Both the position numbers and the translations under genes were made by a program. From an uncultured virus (IMG/VR IMGVR_UViG_2061766007_000689) (taxonomy: Duplodnaviria; Heunggongvirae; Uroviricota; Caudoviricetes), in IMG/VR virus record IMGVR_UViG_2061766007_000689: a stretch of 64,000 nt of DNA. The stretch is one strand, 5' to 3'. Position 1 is the first letter of the stretch. Every line of letters starts with the position of its first letter. This document shows, one piece after another, positions 9,907 to 18,110 of this stretch. A model generated the notes under the pieces. That model was not told where the DNA came from and made no database searches. It was given only the letters and a program-made list of their open reading frames with translations.

Positions 9907-10197
9907 ATGGCATACTGTGCTATTGGTACTAGCGATGCTGTCACATGGGCAGAGCTTAAGAAACTCTGCAAGCAGATGCAGGACATGATTGATGAAAGAT
10001 TCAGAAATCTTGACACAGGTGCTATCAAGCTTCTGCGTGACAAGATTGCTGCTCTTGAGAACACTGTCTCTGCTATACAGCTTGAGCAGACCACTCAAAA
10101 CACACGCCTTGATGTGCTTGAGGAAACCTGCGCCAATGAAGAGATTACTACTTCTGAGGTGCTCAACATGTACACCAAAGGAGACATAGATGGCTAG
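9907..10197 (+). CDS. Small coiled-coil fibre segment
   Basis: GGAGG RBS; heptad pattern; C-terminal EITTSEVLNMY motif. Confidence 0.65.
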   Translation: MAYCAIGTSDAVTWAELKKLCKQMQDMIDERFRNLDTGAIKLLRDKIAALENTVSAIQLEQTTQNTRLDVLEETCANEEITTSEVLNMYTKGDIDG

Positions 10198-10954
10198 AAA
10201 GAAAACAAAGTTCATGGGTGTGACAAGCACTCAGGAGCTCATCAATCTTATAAAAGCTGACTTTGCCAAGAAACAGGACATCATCCAGTTTACTGAGATG
10301 CCTAGCCCTGTAGAATGTGTCGGTCGTGACTACCAGTATGTAGGTGAGACTACAATGGAGTTCACAAACGGGCATTACTACCACAGCAACGGCTTTGTCT
10401 GGGAAGAAGTCTACAAAGGTCTTGACGGCAAGACTTGGGGTATCTTTAATACGCTTCCTTCATACAGCAACGCAGATTTCGATACACTCTACTTTGTACG
10501 TCAGAGTGACATGCTTGTAGGCTGGGTAAAGGGTGAAACACAGATGGAGCCTGTAACCAGTACATCTTCATGGCAGCTGGTTACATCGCTTCCGCCATGG
10601 GCTACAGCGAAGAATGATGTCCTTTATCTTGTGCTTGAAAACAACACGCTTAAAGGCTGCGTAAAGAACCCTGATGCCACTGACGAGTGGTATGAGATGG
10701 GCGGCGGAAAGACAAACTTCAACGAGCTTGATAACACGCCTACTATCAACGGTATACCTCTCAAGAATGAGATAGAGCCTGACAGTCCTAAGGAAGTGGT
10801 GCTCAATGCTACCGTGCAGAAGTACCCTGAGTCAGCACACTGGGATGAACATGCGGCATATCCTGCTGCAGCTACGCCAGTTCCTGTAAATGAAATCGAG
10901 CTGCAGGCGTTTACTGATACTGAGATTGAACAAGTGTTCGATGATGTAATGTAA
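10190..10954 (+). CDS. Fibre protein
   Basis: Repeated V..LP......D.LY.V modules; NFNELDNTPTING motif; C-terminal FTDTEIEQVF. Confidence 0.65.
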   Translation: MARKKTKFMGVTSTQELINLIKADFAKKQDIIQFTEMPSPVECVGRDYQYVGETTMEFTNGHYYHSNGFVWEEVYKGLDGKTWGIFNTLPSYSNADFDTLYFVRQSDMLVGWVKGETQMEPVTSTSSWQLVTSLPPWATAKNDVLYLVLENNTLKGCVKNPDATDEWYEMGGGKTNFNELDNTPTINGIPLKNEIEPDSPKEVVLNATVQKYPESAHWDEHAAYPAAATPVPVNEIELQAFTDTEIEQVFDDVM

Positions 10955-10966
10955 TGGAGGTCAACT

Positions 10967-11191
10967 ATGGATATGTTCGGAGCGATGAATGCAATGCAGA
11001 ATCCGCAGGGTACGCTCATGCAGTATGCCTTACAGGGCATGATTGCACAGCATCCTGCTGAATGGCAGCAGTGCCAACAGATGTTTGCAGGAAAGAACCA
11101 CAGGCAGCAGGTCAGTGAGCTTCGTAAGCTTTACAAGGAACGCGGCATGGACCTTGATGCCATGGCAAAACAGTATGGGGTACAGCTATGA
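10967..11191 (+). CDS. Small Met/Gln-rich protein (NPQ type)
   Basis: GGAGG RBS; MNAMQNPQ...LYKERGMDLDAMAKQYGVQL. Confidence 0.7.
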   Translation: MDMFGAMNAMQNPQGTLMQYALQGMIAQHPAEWQQCQQMFAGKNHRQQVSELRKLYKERGMDLDAMAKQYGVQL

Positions 11192-11451
11192 TAACACACG
11201 AAGAACTTAAGTATAAGGAAATGAAGCTTCGTGATTGCTTCAAAAAGAAGCTTGAGCATCTTGATGTCGATGGTATGAATGACTATGCCACTGTCAAGTG
11301 CATCAAGACAACTGGTGTGCTCTGGCATCTCGTGCATCAGCTCGTTATGGCTGAGGAAAAGGATGCTCCTGCACAGGATACTAGGTCGCTCACGACAGCT
11401 GACACAATGAATGTACAGNNNNNNNNNNNNNNNNNNNNNNTAGATAATTGA
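11188..11451 (+). CDS. Hypothetical protein; 3' end uncertain because of a gap
   Basis: ATGA overlap with the upstream gene. Confidence 0.55.
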   Translation: MITHEELKYKEMKLRDCFKKKLEHLDVDGMNDYATVKCIKTTGVLWHLVHQLVMAEEKDAPAQDTRSLTTADTMNVQXXXXXXXXDN

Positions 11452-11472
11452 TATACTTAGGAGGTATATACT

Positions 11473-12090
11473 ATGGAAATTTCATCAGGTCAGCCTGCTA
11501 TTCAGGTAGGCGGCGGAAGCAATGGCTTCCTTGGAGGTGGTGACGGTGGTATCGTGCTGCTCGCTTTCCTTGCCATGATGGGAGGTTTCGGTGGCTGGGG
11601 TGGAAACCGTGGTCCGGCTTTTCCGATGACAGGTGATCAAGCTCCTGCTTCTTCTGCACAGCTACAGAACAGCATGAACTTCAACGACCTTCAAGATCAG
11701 AACCGTGATATAAACAATAACGTGAACAACGTGTATCACGACCTCAACTCATCTTTCATGGACAAATACAGTGAACTGCAGAGAGACATTGCTGCAAATG
11801 CTGTTACACTTGCAAACATTCAAGCACATCAGAGTGAATGTTGCTGTGGAATCAAGCAGGACATTGCAGCACAGACACTCAAGTTCTCTGAGATGATGAA
11901 TGCTCAGAACATGCTGCTCGTTGCTGAGAACCAGAAGACACGCGACATGTTCACTCAGGACAAGTTCGAGCGTATGCAGGCAGAGATTAACGATCTCAAG
12001 CGTGGCCAAGATTTGAACAATCTCCGTGACCAACTTCTTGCTGCAGCTCGTCCACTTCCGCCGCCAATTCCTATGGCAGCTGGCTTCTAA
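11473..12090 (+). CDS. Gly-rich hydrophobic N-terminus plus coiled coil with a CCC motif (uncharacterised gut-phage family)
   Basis: GGAGGT RBS; IVLLAFLAMMGGFGGWGG, then SECCCGIKQ...ENQKTRDM. Confidence 0.75.
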   Translation: MEISSGQPAIQVGGGSNGFLGGGDGGIVLLAFLAMMGGFGGWGGNRGPAFPMTGDQAPASSAQLQNSMNFNDLQDQNRDINNNVNNVYHDLNSSFMDKYSELQRDIAANAVTLANIQAHQSECCCGIKQDIAAQTLKFSEMMNAQNMLLVAENQKTRDMFTQDKFERMQAEINDLKRGQDLNNLRDQLLAAARPLPPPIPMAAGF

Positions 12091-12171
12091 GCTTACTAGG
12101 TACATGTAAATATGTATTATTTATATGTACCTTGTTTTAACGTATAACAAACTATATTATAGGAGTTAACT

Positions 12172-12978
12172 ATGAAGATTCAATATCTTGACAAACATGG
12201 CTTGGGAACACTTATTTCCCTTGTTAAGCGTGGACAGACTGGTGTGTACACTGTTAAAGGTACAGCCATCTACGCTGATGCTGCTTTTCTTGCACTCACA
12301 CCTGCTGAGAAGGAAGCAATCGATGTAGGCGCATCTGCAATCAATGCAGCTGGTCTCTGGCAGAAGTCATCTGGTGCATATGCTCAGGTTACAACTTTCG
12401 AGGAAGGATGGGTTTATGACATCATCAATGCGTTCTCAACAGACGCTAACTTCCGTGAAGGTGCTGGCTACCCTGTAGAAGCTGGTATGAACATTGTAGC
12501 TGTAAACACAGGTACAGCTGCTTCACCAGTTCTCATGTGGGACTTGTTCTCAGGTCTCTTGAACCTTGACAAGTATCAGACAAAGAAACTGGTAGACGCT
12601 TCTGGAATCGAAGTATTTGACAATACTGAGTTCCAGACAGTGTTCCCTGCCATCACAACAGTTACAGAAGCAAACCTTCCTGCCCCTGCAACATTCACAG
12701 GTGCAACAGCAGAAGCAGATGCTAAGGCTGCAGCTGACGCTGCAATGTACGTTCCGGCAGTCATGGAATCAGACGGTGCAAATCTCCCTGAGAACACTTG
12801 CATCCGCTTTGTTCCTACAGTAACAGATGACGGTGCAGGAACTTACACAGTAACTTACAACTACGTTGTTTTGGGCGACCAGACAACAGTTGAAGGTATG
12901 CTCAAGTTCCTCGGACACACATGCCCGAACACACCGATTACTGATGCAGAAATCGAAGACATCTGGGACAATATTTAA
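12172..12978 (+). CDS. Abundant fibre or decoration protein
   Basis: Strong RBS; biased codon usage; followed by a hairpin; N-terminal YLDKHGL and C-terminal ITDAEIEDIW motifs. Confidence 0.65.
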   Translation: MKIQYLDKHGLGTLISLVKRGQTGVYTVKGTAIYADAAFLALTPAEKEAIDVGASAINAAGLWQKSSGAYAQVTTFEEGWVYDIINAFSTDANFREGAGYPVEAGMNIVAVNTGTAASPVLMWDLFSGLLNLDKYQTKKLVDASGIEVFDNTEFQTVFPAITTVTEANLPAPATFTGATAEADAKAAADAAMYVPAVMESDGANLPENTCIRFVPTVTDDGAGTYTVTYNYVVLGDQTTVEGMLKFLGHTCPNTPITDAEIEDIWDNI

Positions 12979-12994
12979 GCACTAAGCTTAATTC

Positions 12995-13014
12995 CCCCTG
13001 CCATAAGGCAGGGG
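12995..13014 (+). terminator. Stem-loop after the 12172 gene
   Basis: CCCCTGCC-ATAA-GGCAGGGG; the U tract is weak. Confidence 0.55.
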
Positions 13015-13043
13015 TGCTTCATTTTGACTGAAGGAGTTTAACT

Positions 13044-13361
13044 ATGTATTATGTACAAAGAGTCACAGCTGATTCTATAGCCGTAAGCGGCACAGGCAGC
13101 ACGGCTACTACGACAATCACGGTGCCTGCATCGTTCACACCAGTAGCAGGCGGTATCTATGACATACTGATTTCTGCTCAGGTTCCTGCAGGAACTGACG
13201 GGACTATCATAAGCATCACAAACGGAACAATAGAAGGCGAGCTTTTCAAGCGTTTTGTAGGTGATTATGCAAGGGCAAGATGCTTGGGATGCAGGAAGGT
13301 GCTGAGGGTACAGTTCTTTGATGACCCTGCACATTACAACCTTCTCGGTGTAAGGAGCTAA
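13044..13361 (+). CDS. Small beta-rich protein, likely partner of the CCC cassette
   Basis: AAGGAG RBS; Thr-rich strand pattern. Confidence 0.65.
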   Translation: MYYVQRVTADSIAVSGTGSTATTTITVPASFTPVAGGIYDILISAQVPAGTDGTIISITNGTIEGELFKRFVGDYARARCLGCRKVLRVQFFDDPAHYNLLGVRS

Positions 13362-13363
13362 AA

Positions 13364-14119
13364 ATGGGAATATTAGACAGAATCATTGATTCATTCAAAT
13401 TCTTGGACAAGAACGGCTTGAAGAAGGTGGCGGCACTTACTGAAAAGGTTTTCCGCTACAAGGTCATGCCTGCAGCCGAGCAGAGATGGGAAGGAAAGCT
13501 CGTGCAGTACATCGGAACAACCGACGCTACATACACTAAGGGCTACTTCTACATCTGCAAGGAAGGCGAAACGACAGGAACATACGTCTGGGAACAGACC
13601 AACGTACAGCCGAACAACGACTACGTTCTCTGGGACGGCACACACGCGCAGTACGAAATTGAAAAGGACGGCATCCCTGCTGATGCATACGTCAACTTCA
13701 CTGACGACTACGACGAAAACGTAGAAGTAGGCGTATATGCCACAAGGGAAACAAAGACAGGTGAGATATTCCTTAACAAACCTGTATACAGGAAAGTGTT
13801 CCTTACACAGATAGGAACAGCTTCAGCATGGACAGATTCTACTTTTGATACAGGTATTCCTGCCGGAACAATAGACATCGTTACGAATATTAAGCTTCTT
13901 ATTAAAAATGACATTACAAATCCGTCAAGACCATACTGGTTCTCTGATGGTTGGGCTGGCAGCGGTGGCAGTACAACTTCTGTTCAAAAGCTCAATGTCT
14001 ATGTTACAGAAGCTTCGGTAGCTGGCAAGACCTGCTTGTACTGGCAAATGCCAGCTGGCTCTTGGCCTGTTGGTTGTAAATGTTTTGCAATTATTGAGTA
14101 TACCAAGAAAGCAGACTAA
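13364..14119 (+). CDS. Tail fibre protein
   Basis: FLDKNGL N-terminus; VQYIGTT...KGYFY module; WDGTHAQY; YATRETKTG...KPVYRKV...EYTK terminal domain. Confidence 0.7.
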   Translation: MGILDRIIDSFKFLDKNGLKKVAALTEKVFRYKVMPAAEQRWEGKLVQYIGTTDATYTKGYFYICKEGETTGTYVWEQTNVQPNNDYVLWDGTHAQYEIEKDGIPADAYVNFTDDYDENVEVGVYATRETKTGEIFLNKPVYRKVFLTQIGTASAWTDSTFDTGIPAGTIDIVTNIKLLIKNDITNPSRPYWFSDGWAGSGGSTTSVQKLNVYVTEASVAGKTCLYWQMPAGSWPVGCKCFAIIEYTKKAD

Positions 14120-14131
14120 AGGAGAAAGAAG

Positions 14132-15118
14132 ATGAGCGTAAATATAAAGCGTGCCGACGGCACATTGCAGAAGATTGCAGGGCACACAATTATTCTTGAC
14201 GCAAACGCAAGCGAAATAAGACAGGGTACATGGAATATCAGTATGCCTGCAACGCCCAGTTTGTACCAAACAACAGTTACTTTTACTGACCCAATGCCTG
14301 ATACAGACTATGCAGTTATTCTTGAAATGAATGACTACACTTACGGCGGAACAGTAAACGTTCAGCTTATGGTTTTTGACAAGACTGTTACAGGGTTCAA
14401 AATCAAGACACATATATCTCCAACCTCAGCAGGTGCTATTTCTGGTGTGTACACTGCTTTCAAGCCTATCAAGCTTGAAGGCTACACGGAGCTTCAGAAC
14501 AAGGTTCTAAATCCTGACAACGTTCCTACTGAAAATAGCGAGAACCTCGTTAAGTCTGGCGGCGTATGGGAAGCAATCAAGAACGCTTCGGCAGTATGGA
14601 AAGGAACACAGGCTGAATGGAACGCCCTTCCTGTTGCGGAGAAGCAGACCTATGACCTTGCAGTTCTTACAGACGCAGGGTATATCCTTGCCGTAGACCG
14701 CACGGACGGAAGTTCAGTAGAGACAGCTAACCTCAACAAGATTTGGAGAGGAACTCAGGCTGAATGGGATGCACTCACACCAGCCGAAAAGGACGAATGG
14801 GAAGAAGCACAGATTATTGACGACCAGTACACAGCAGTACCGGGTACGATCATTGTAGCACATGACAAGGCTGTTGCTGTTGCAGACTGGACAGCAGACG
14901 CAACGTATGCTGGCTACGGATATAAAGCCGAGATTCCAGTATCAGGTGTTACAGCCAAATACTCACCTGATATACGGTTCAGCTTTGCTGATGCTAATTC
15001 AGGCAAGTTTGCAGGTGTAGCAGATGCTACAACAGATAAGGTAATTATCTATGCCAATGCTGTTCCAGCAGCAGCTATTACTATCCCAGTAATCATTTGT
15101 ACTCTTACGGAGGTGTAA
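14132..15118 (+). CDS. Tail fibre protein with WxGTQAEW repeats
   Basis: WKGTQAEWNAL and WRGTQAEWDAL; DNVPTENSENLVKSGGVW; TVTF...MPDTDYAV module. Confidence 0.7.
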   Translation: MSVNIKRADGTLQKIAGHTIILDANASEIRQGTWNISMPATPSLYQTTVTFTDPMPDTDYAVILEMNDYTYGGTVNVQLMVFDKTVTGFKIKTHISPTSAGAISGVYTAFKPIKLEGYTELQNKVLNPDNVPTENSENLVKSGGVWEAIKNASAVWKGTQAEWNALPVAEKQTYDLAVLTDAGYILAVDRTDGSSVETANLNKIWRGTQAEWDALTPAEKDEWEEAQIIDDQYTAVPGTIIVAHDKAVAVADWTADATYAGYGYKAEIPVSGVTAKYSPDIRFSFADANSGKFAGVADATTDKVIIYANAVPAAAITIPVIICTLTEV

Positions 15119-15119
15119 C

Positions 15120-15473
15120 ATGACTGGTAAGACAAACGCTAATATGGGTGGCAAATCAGACCTGACATTGATATGGACAAACTCATCTCCAAACACAGGA
15201 GCAGCTACTTTTACGGTGACGGCGAATTTTGATTGTTCTGCTTTTGTCGTAGATTGCAAACGTTTTACGGACGACAATGTGACAAATGGTGCACGCAATT
15301 ATGTTGCTAAGAATACCCAAAATCAACGCCTTATGGGGTTTTCCACCAATGCAAATTCTGGTAGCTGGGCACGTTTAGCTTCAGCAACTCAAAGAGTGTT
15401 AACAATGACTACTGTCTCTGGCATGAATCCTGTTGACACGATACCGCTCAGAGTCTATGCTATCAAAGAATAG
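15120..15473 (+). CDS. Fibre-tip-like small protein
   Basis: MTGKTNA..GG start; LIWTNSSP...IPLRVYAIK. Confidence 0.6.
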   Translation: MTGKTNANMGGKSDLTLIWTNSSPNTGAATFTVTANFDCSAFVVDCKRFTDDNVTNGARNYVAKNTQNQRLMGFSTNANSGSWARLASATQRVLTMTTVSGMNPVDTIPLRVYAIKE

Positions 15474-15488
15474 GCTTTTCTAAAGACT

Positions 15489-16016
15489 ATGGAACAGATT
15501 AGTGATGTATTAACAAATCCTACGTTCTGGACCAACATACCATCATTCATAGTACTGCTCATAGTACTGTGCCTGCTGATACGTGTGTTCAGGATAAGGA
15601 TTAAGACGGAACACATTACGATAGGAGATGAAAGTGCGGAAGCATTCATTGAACGTACCATAGTACGCGAGCAGTGTGACTTCACGCACTCCTATCTGTT
15701 TGGCTTGCTGAACAAAATCAAGGCAGCCTGTCCTGACCACAAGCTGCTTTATGACGGATGGTTCAGCAAATGTATATTGGAAGCAGTGTATGATGAGGTA
15801 ATCAAGTGGATTACCTACAACCATATCACTGAGGACGAAGCATATATTTCTGTGAAGCAGAATAAGATATGCACTCTGGTATATTCCTACGACGTTCGCC
15901 CTGAGTTCAAGACACCTGAGTTTCAGGCAAGGATGAAGCGGTGGACGGAAGAGCTTATAAGGGAGCTGCTCAAGATACGCAGGGTATATACCAAGAAACT
16001 TAAGAAAGGCAACTAA
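15489..16016 (+). CDS. Putative holin or single-TM membrane protein
   Basis: N-terminal TM segment IPSFIVLLIVLCLLIRVF followed by basic residues; upstream of the lysis genes. Confidence 0.45.
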   Translation: MEQISDVLTNPTFWTNIPSFIVLLIVLCLLIRVFRIRIKTEHITIGDESAEAFIERTIVREQCDFTHSYLFGLLNKIKAACPDHKLLYDGWFSKCILEAVYDEVIKWITYNHITEDEAYISVKQNKICTLVYSYDVRPEFKTPEFQARMKRWTEELIRELLKIRRVYTKKLKKGN

Positions 16017-16028
16017 AAGGAGAAATAA

Positions 16029-16553
16029 ATGACATACATAAAGCATAACGGACAATGGAAACGGACAACAGGGGTCACAATAAAGCAGCATGGTGGGGAA
16101 TTATTCCTTACTCCACAAGTTCCAGACTTACCAACTGGAATTACTATGACTGAAGAACGACTAGATACAGGCAGTCATATTGTTATAACAAAAAGAATGC
16201 CAGCATCACCAAGCACAACATTCTATGTTAAAAATGAGAATAAAAGTAACAGTGGTCAACAAGACAGGCTAAAGTTTTATCTTAGTCTAAAAGGAGCAAA
16301 ATCAATACTCATGTCTGGTGTGACTACTGTATCAGGTGCTAATGGTGGCAATATTACTGTAGATGCACATAAAAATGGCTCTTTGGTAAAAACGTTGTAT
16401 AGTAATTATCATCCGGGACAACAGAGTACATTCACGCAACAGATGCATTTAACAGCAGATGTCTCAGACAGTGATACAATTGTAATAAGTATGTCAAGTT
16501 TCGCACCGGGAGTAACCGAAATTACTTTGAACGGTATTGCTTTTGGATATTAA
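16029..16553 (+). CDS. Hypothetical beta-rich protein (AT-rich gene, possible receptor-binding module)
   Basis: AAGGAG RBS; TYIKHNGQWK N-terminus typical of fibre-tip proteins. Confidence 0.6.
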   Translation: MTYIKHNGQWKRTTGVTIKQHGGELFLTPQVPDLPTGITMTEERLDTGSHIVITKRMPASPSTTFYVKNENKSNSGQQDRLKFYLSLKGAKSILMSGVTTVSGANGGNITVDAHKNGSLVKTLYSNYHPGQQSTFTQQMHLTADVSDSDTIVISMSSFAPGVTEITLNGIAFGY

Positions 16554-16563
16554 AGGAGTAATA

Positions 16564-16992
16564 ATGAAATGGTTAAGAAGATTCTTATTGGTCTTGTTTG
16601 TATTCTGTTCTGTTCATGTGTCAGCACAGGAAGAGGGGCTGACAAGTCTATCATTGAGCATCAGAGAAAGCTTGGTGAGTATCAGGCAGCAGTCAGCTAC
16701 CATCTCGGAAGAGTTGACGCGTGTGCAGCAAGAATTGCAGACATCAGAGAAAGAGCGGACAGCCTTACAGGAGAAATCGACCGAGTTATCGAACTCTTTG
16801 ACGAGTATCAGCGAGCAGTTGAACAGCTCATACGAGAATATAATACGCTTAGAGACGCGGTTGAAGCAAAGAACGAAAGCCTGTACAGTACTTTGTCTGA
16901 TTCTATTTATAATGATATTGATAAAACTGATAGGTTATTATCTTTACTGGAAGGGGATTAAGCTACCAAGATGGCTTGATATACTGATATGA
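16564..16992 (+). CDS. Spanin-like inner component: signal peptide, coiled coil, C-terminal TM
   Basis: ATG at 16564 after AAGGAG; MKWLRRFLLVLFVFCSVHVSA/QEE; C-terminal VLCLILFIMILIKLIGYYLYW. Confidence 0.6.
   Translation: MKWLRRFLLVLFVFCSVHVSAQEEGLTSLSLSIRESLVSIRQQSATISEELTRVQQELQTSEKERTALQEKSTELSNSLTSISEQLNSSYENIIRLETRLKQRTKACTVLCLILFIMILIKLIGYYLYWKGIKLPRWLDILI
16569..16961 (+). CDS. Spanin-like lipoprotein nested in another frame
   Basis: MVKKILIGLVCILFCS/C lipobox followed by a long coiled coil; lies entirely inside 16564..16992. Confidence 0.65.
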   Translation: MVKKILIGLVCILFCSCVSTGRGADKSIIEHQRKLGEYQAAVSYHLGRVDACAARIADIRERADSLTGEIDRVIELFDEYQRAVEQLIREYNTLRDAVEAKNESLYSTLSDSIYNDIDKTDRLLSLLEGD

Positions 16993-17630
16993 AATATTTA
17001 GATCTGTTTAATGAGCTTCAGTTGTCACGTGATTATATCCATGACAAAAAGAGCAATGCTGACTGGCGGTATAACATCGACACTGCCACAAAAAGAGTAT
17101 ATGTGGAAGTACAGGAAACTAAGACAGGGCTCGACTGGATTCAGAACTTCAAGGTGCTTCCTGTAACAGTCACGAACTCATGTGGAGAGCAAATAACTGT
17201 CCCGTTAGGTGCTAAGCAGCAGGCTGATGCTATTGTTGCTGACGTAATGAGCCATGTTACTGATGTGATGAGCCATGCTGCATTTACAGACTTTGACTGG
17301 TACTTCTGTGGATGGTCACAGGGTGGCATGTCAGCAGGAATTGCAGGCTTCATGCTCAAGGGTGTAGTAAAGAGTGTACACTATATAGGGTGGGGTACAC
17401 CTGCTTTCTTATGGGGAAAGAAGAGTCTTGCTACGTTTATCAATGCTCTTGACAGCGTAGTAAGCTTCCTGTACACCGATGACTGGATAAAGTCACTTAT
17501 ACCGTTATATAAGCGTCCTGTGTCTTATGATGTCAAGCCTGTAAACCCTGATGTTCCTAAGACACTGGACCAGAGGCACAGAGTATATGGTCACTGTTTT
17601 TATTCGACATATTATAAAGAAGCTTTTTAG
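16989..17630 (+). CDS. Alpha/beta hydrolase, class 3 lipase-like
   Basis: T..GLDWIQNF; WYFCGWSQGG nucleophile elbow; WGTP; DWI..L.P; C-terminal His. Confidence 0.75.
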   Translation: MKYLDLFNELQLSRDYIHDKKSNADWRYNIDTATKRVYVEVQETKTGLDWIQNFKVLPVTVTNSCGEQITVPLGAKQQADAIVADVMSHVTDVMSHAAFTDFDWYFCGWSQGGMSAGIAGFMLKGVVKSVHYIGWGTPAFLWGKKSLATFINALDSVVSFLYTDDWIKSLIPLYKRPVSYDVKPVNPDVPKTLDQRHRVYGHCFYSTYYKEAF

Positions 17631-17643
17631 CAAGAGGTTATCT

Positions 17644-18108
17644 ATGAGGGAACTTAAAATCGAGAAGCAGTTCATACCTGTCGACAGCAAATGCTTCACA
17701 GGTATACAGCTTCCGAAAGAAGGACCGTCAAGCATCACTATCCACTGGATTGGACCGTACCCGGGTCAGACACCCGAAGACGTACGACACTGGTGGATAA
17801 GCTCAGGCGGTGAAGCATCAGCACACTTCATCATCAAGGATGAACGGTGCGTGCAGTGCTGGAGCACAGACCTTGTGGCATGGCATGCTGGATGTAAGCA
17901 GGGTAACCTGACGAGCATCGGCATAGAAGTCATACCGAAGAACAAGGAAGGTGAGTTCAGCGATGAATCTATTGAAACTCTGAAGCTTCTGCTTCGTAAG
18001 CTTCCGAAAGTCCGTATAGTGCGGCACTATGACTGGACAAAAAAAGACTGCCCCAAGTTCTACGTTGACGAAGAACACTGGAACAGCCTTCTCAAAAAGC
18101 TTAAGTGA
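17644..18108 (+). CDS. Endolysin, N-acetylmuramoyl-L-alanine amidase (Amidase_2)
   Basis: ITIHW, ASAHFII, AWHAG, NLTSIGIEV, RHYDWTKKDCP; RBS GAGG before ATG 17644. Confidence 0.9.
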   Translation: MRELKIEKQFIPVDSKCFTGIQLPKEGPSSITIHWIGPYPGQTPEDVRHWWISSGGEASAHFIIKDERCVQCWSTDLVAWHAGCKQGNLTSIGIEVIPKNKEGEFSDESIETLKLLLRKLPKVRIVRHYDWTKKDCPKFYVDEEHWNSLLKKLK

Positions 18109-18110
18109 CT

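Noticed and set aside
13364..16553. Diversity-generating retroelement acting on fibre tips
   Set aside because: I saw no reverse transcriptase and no template/variable repeat pair in the window; one outside the window cannot be excluded.
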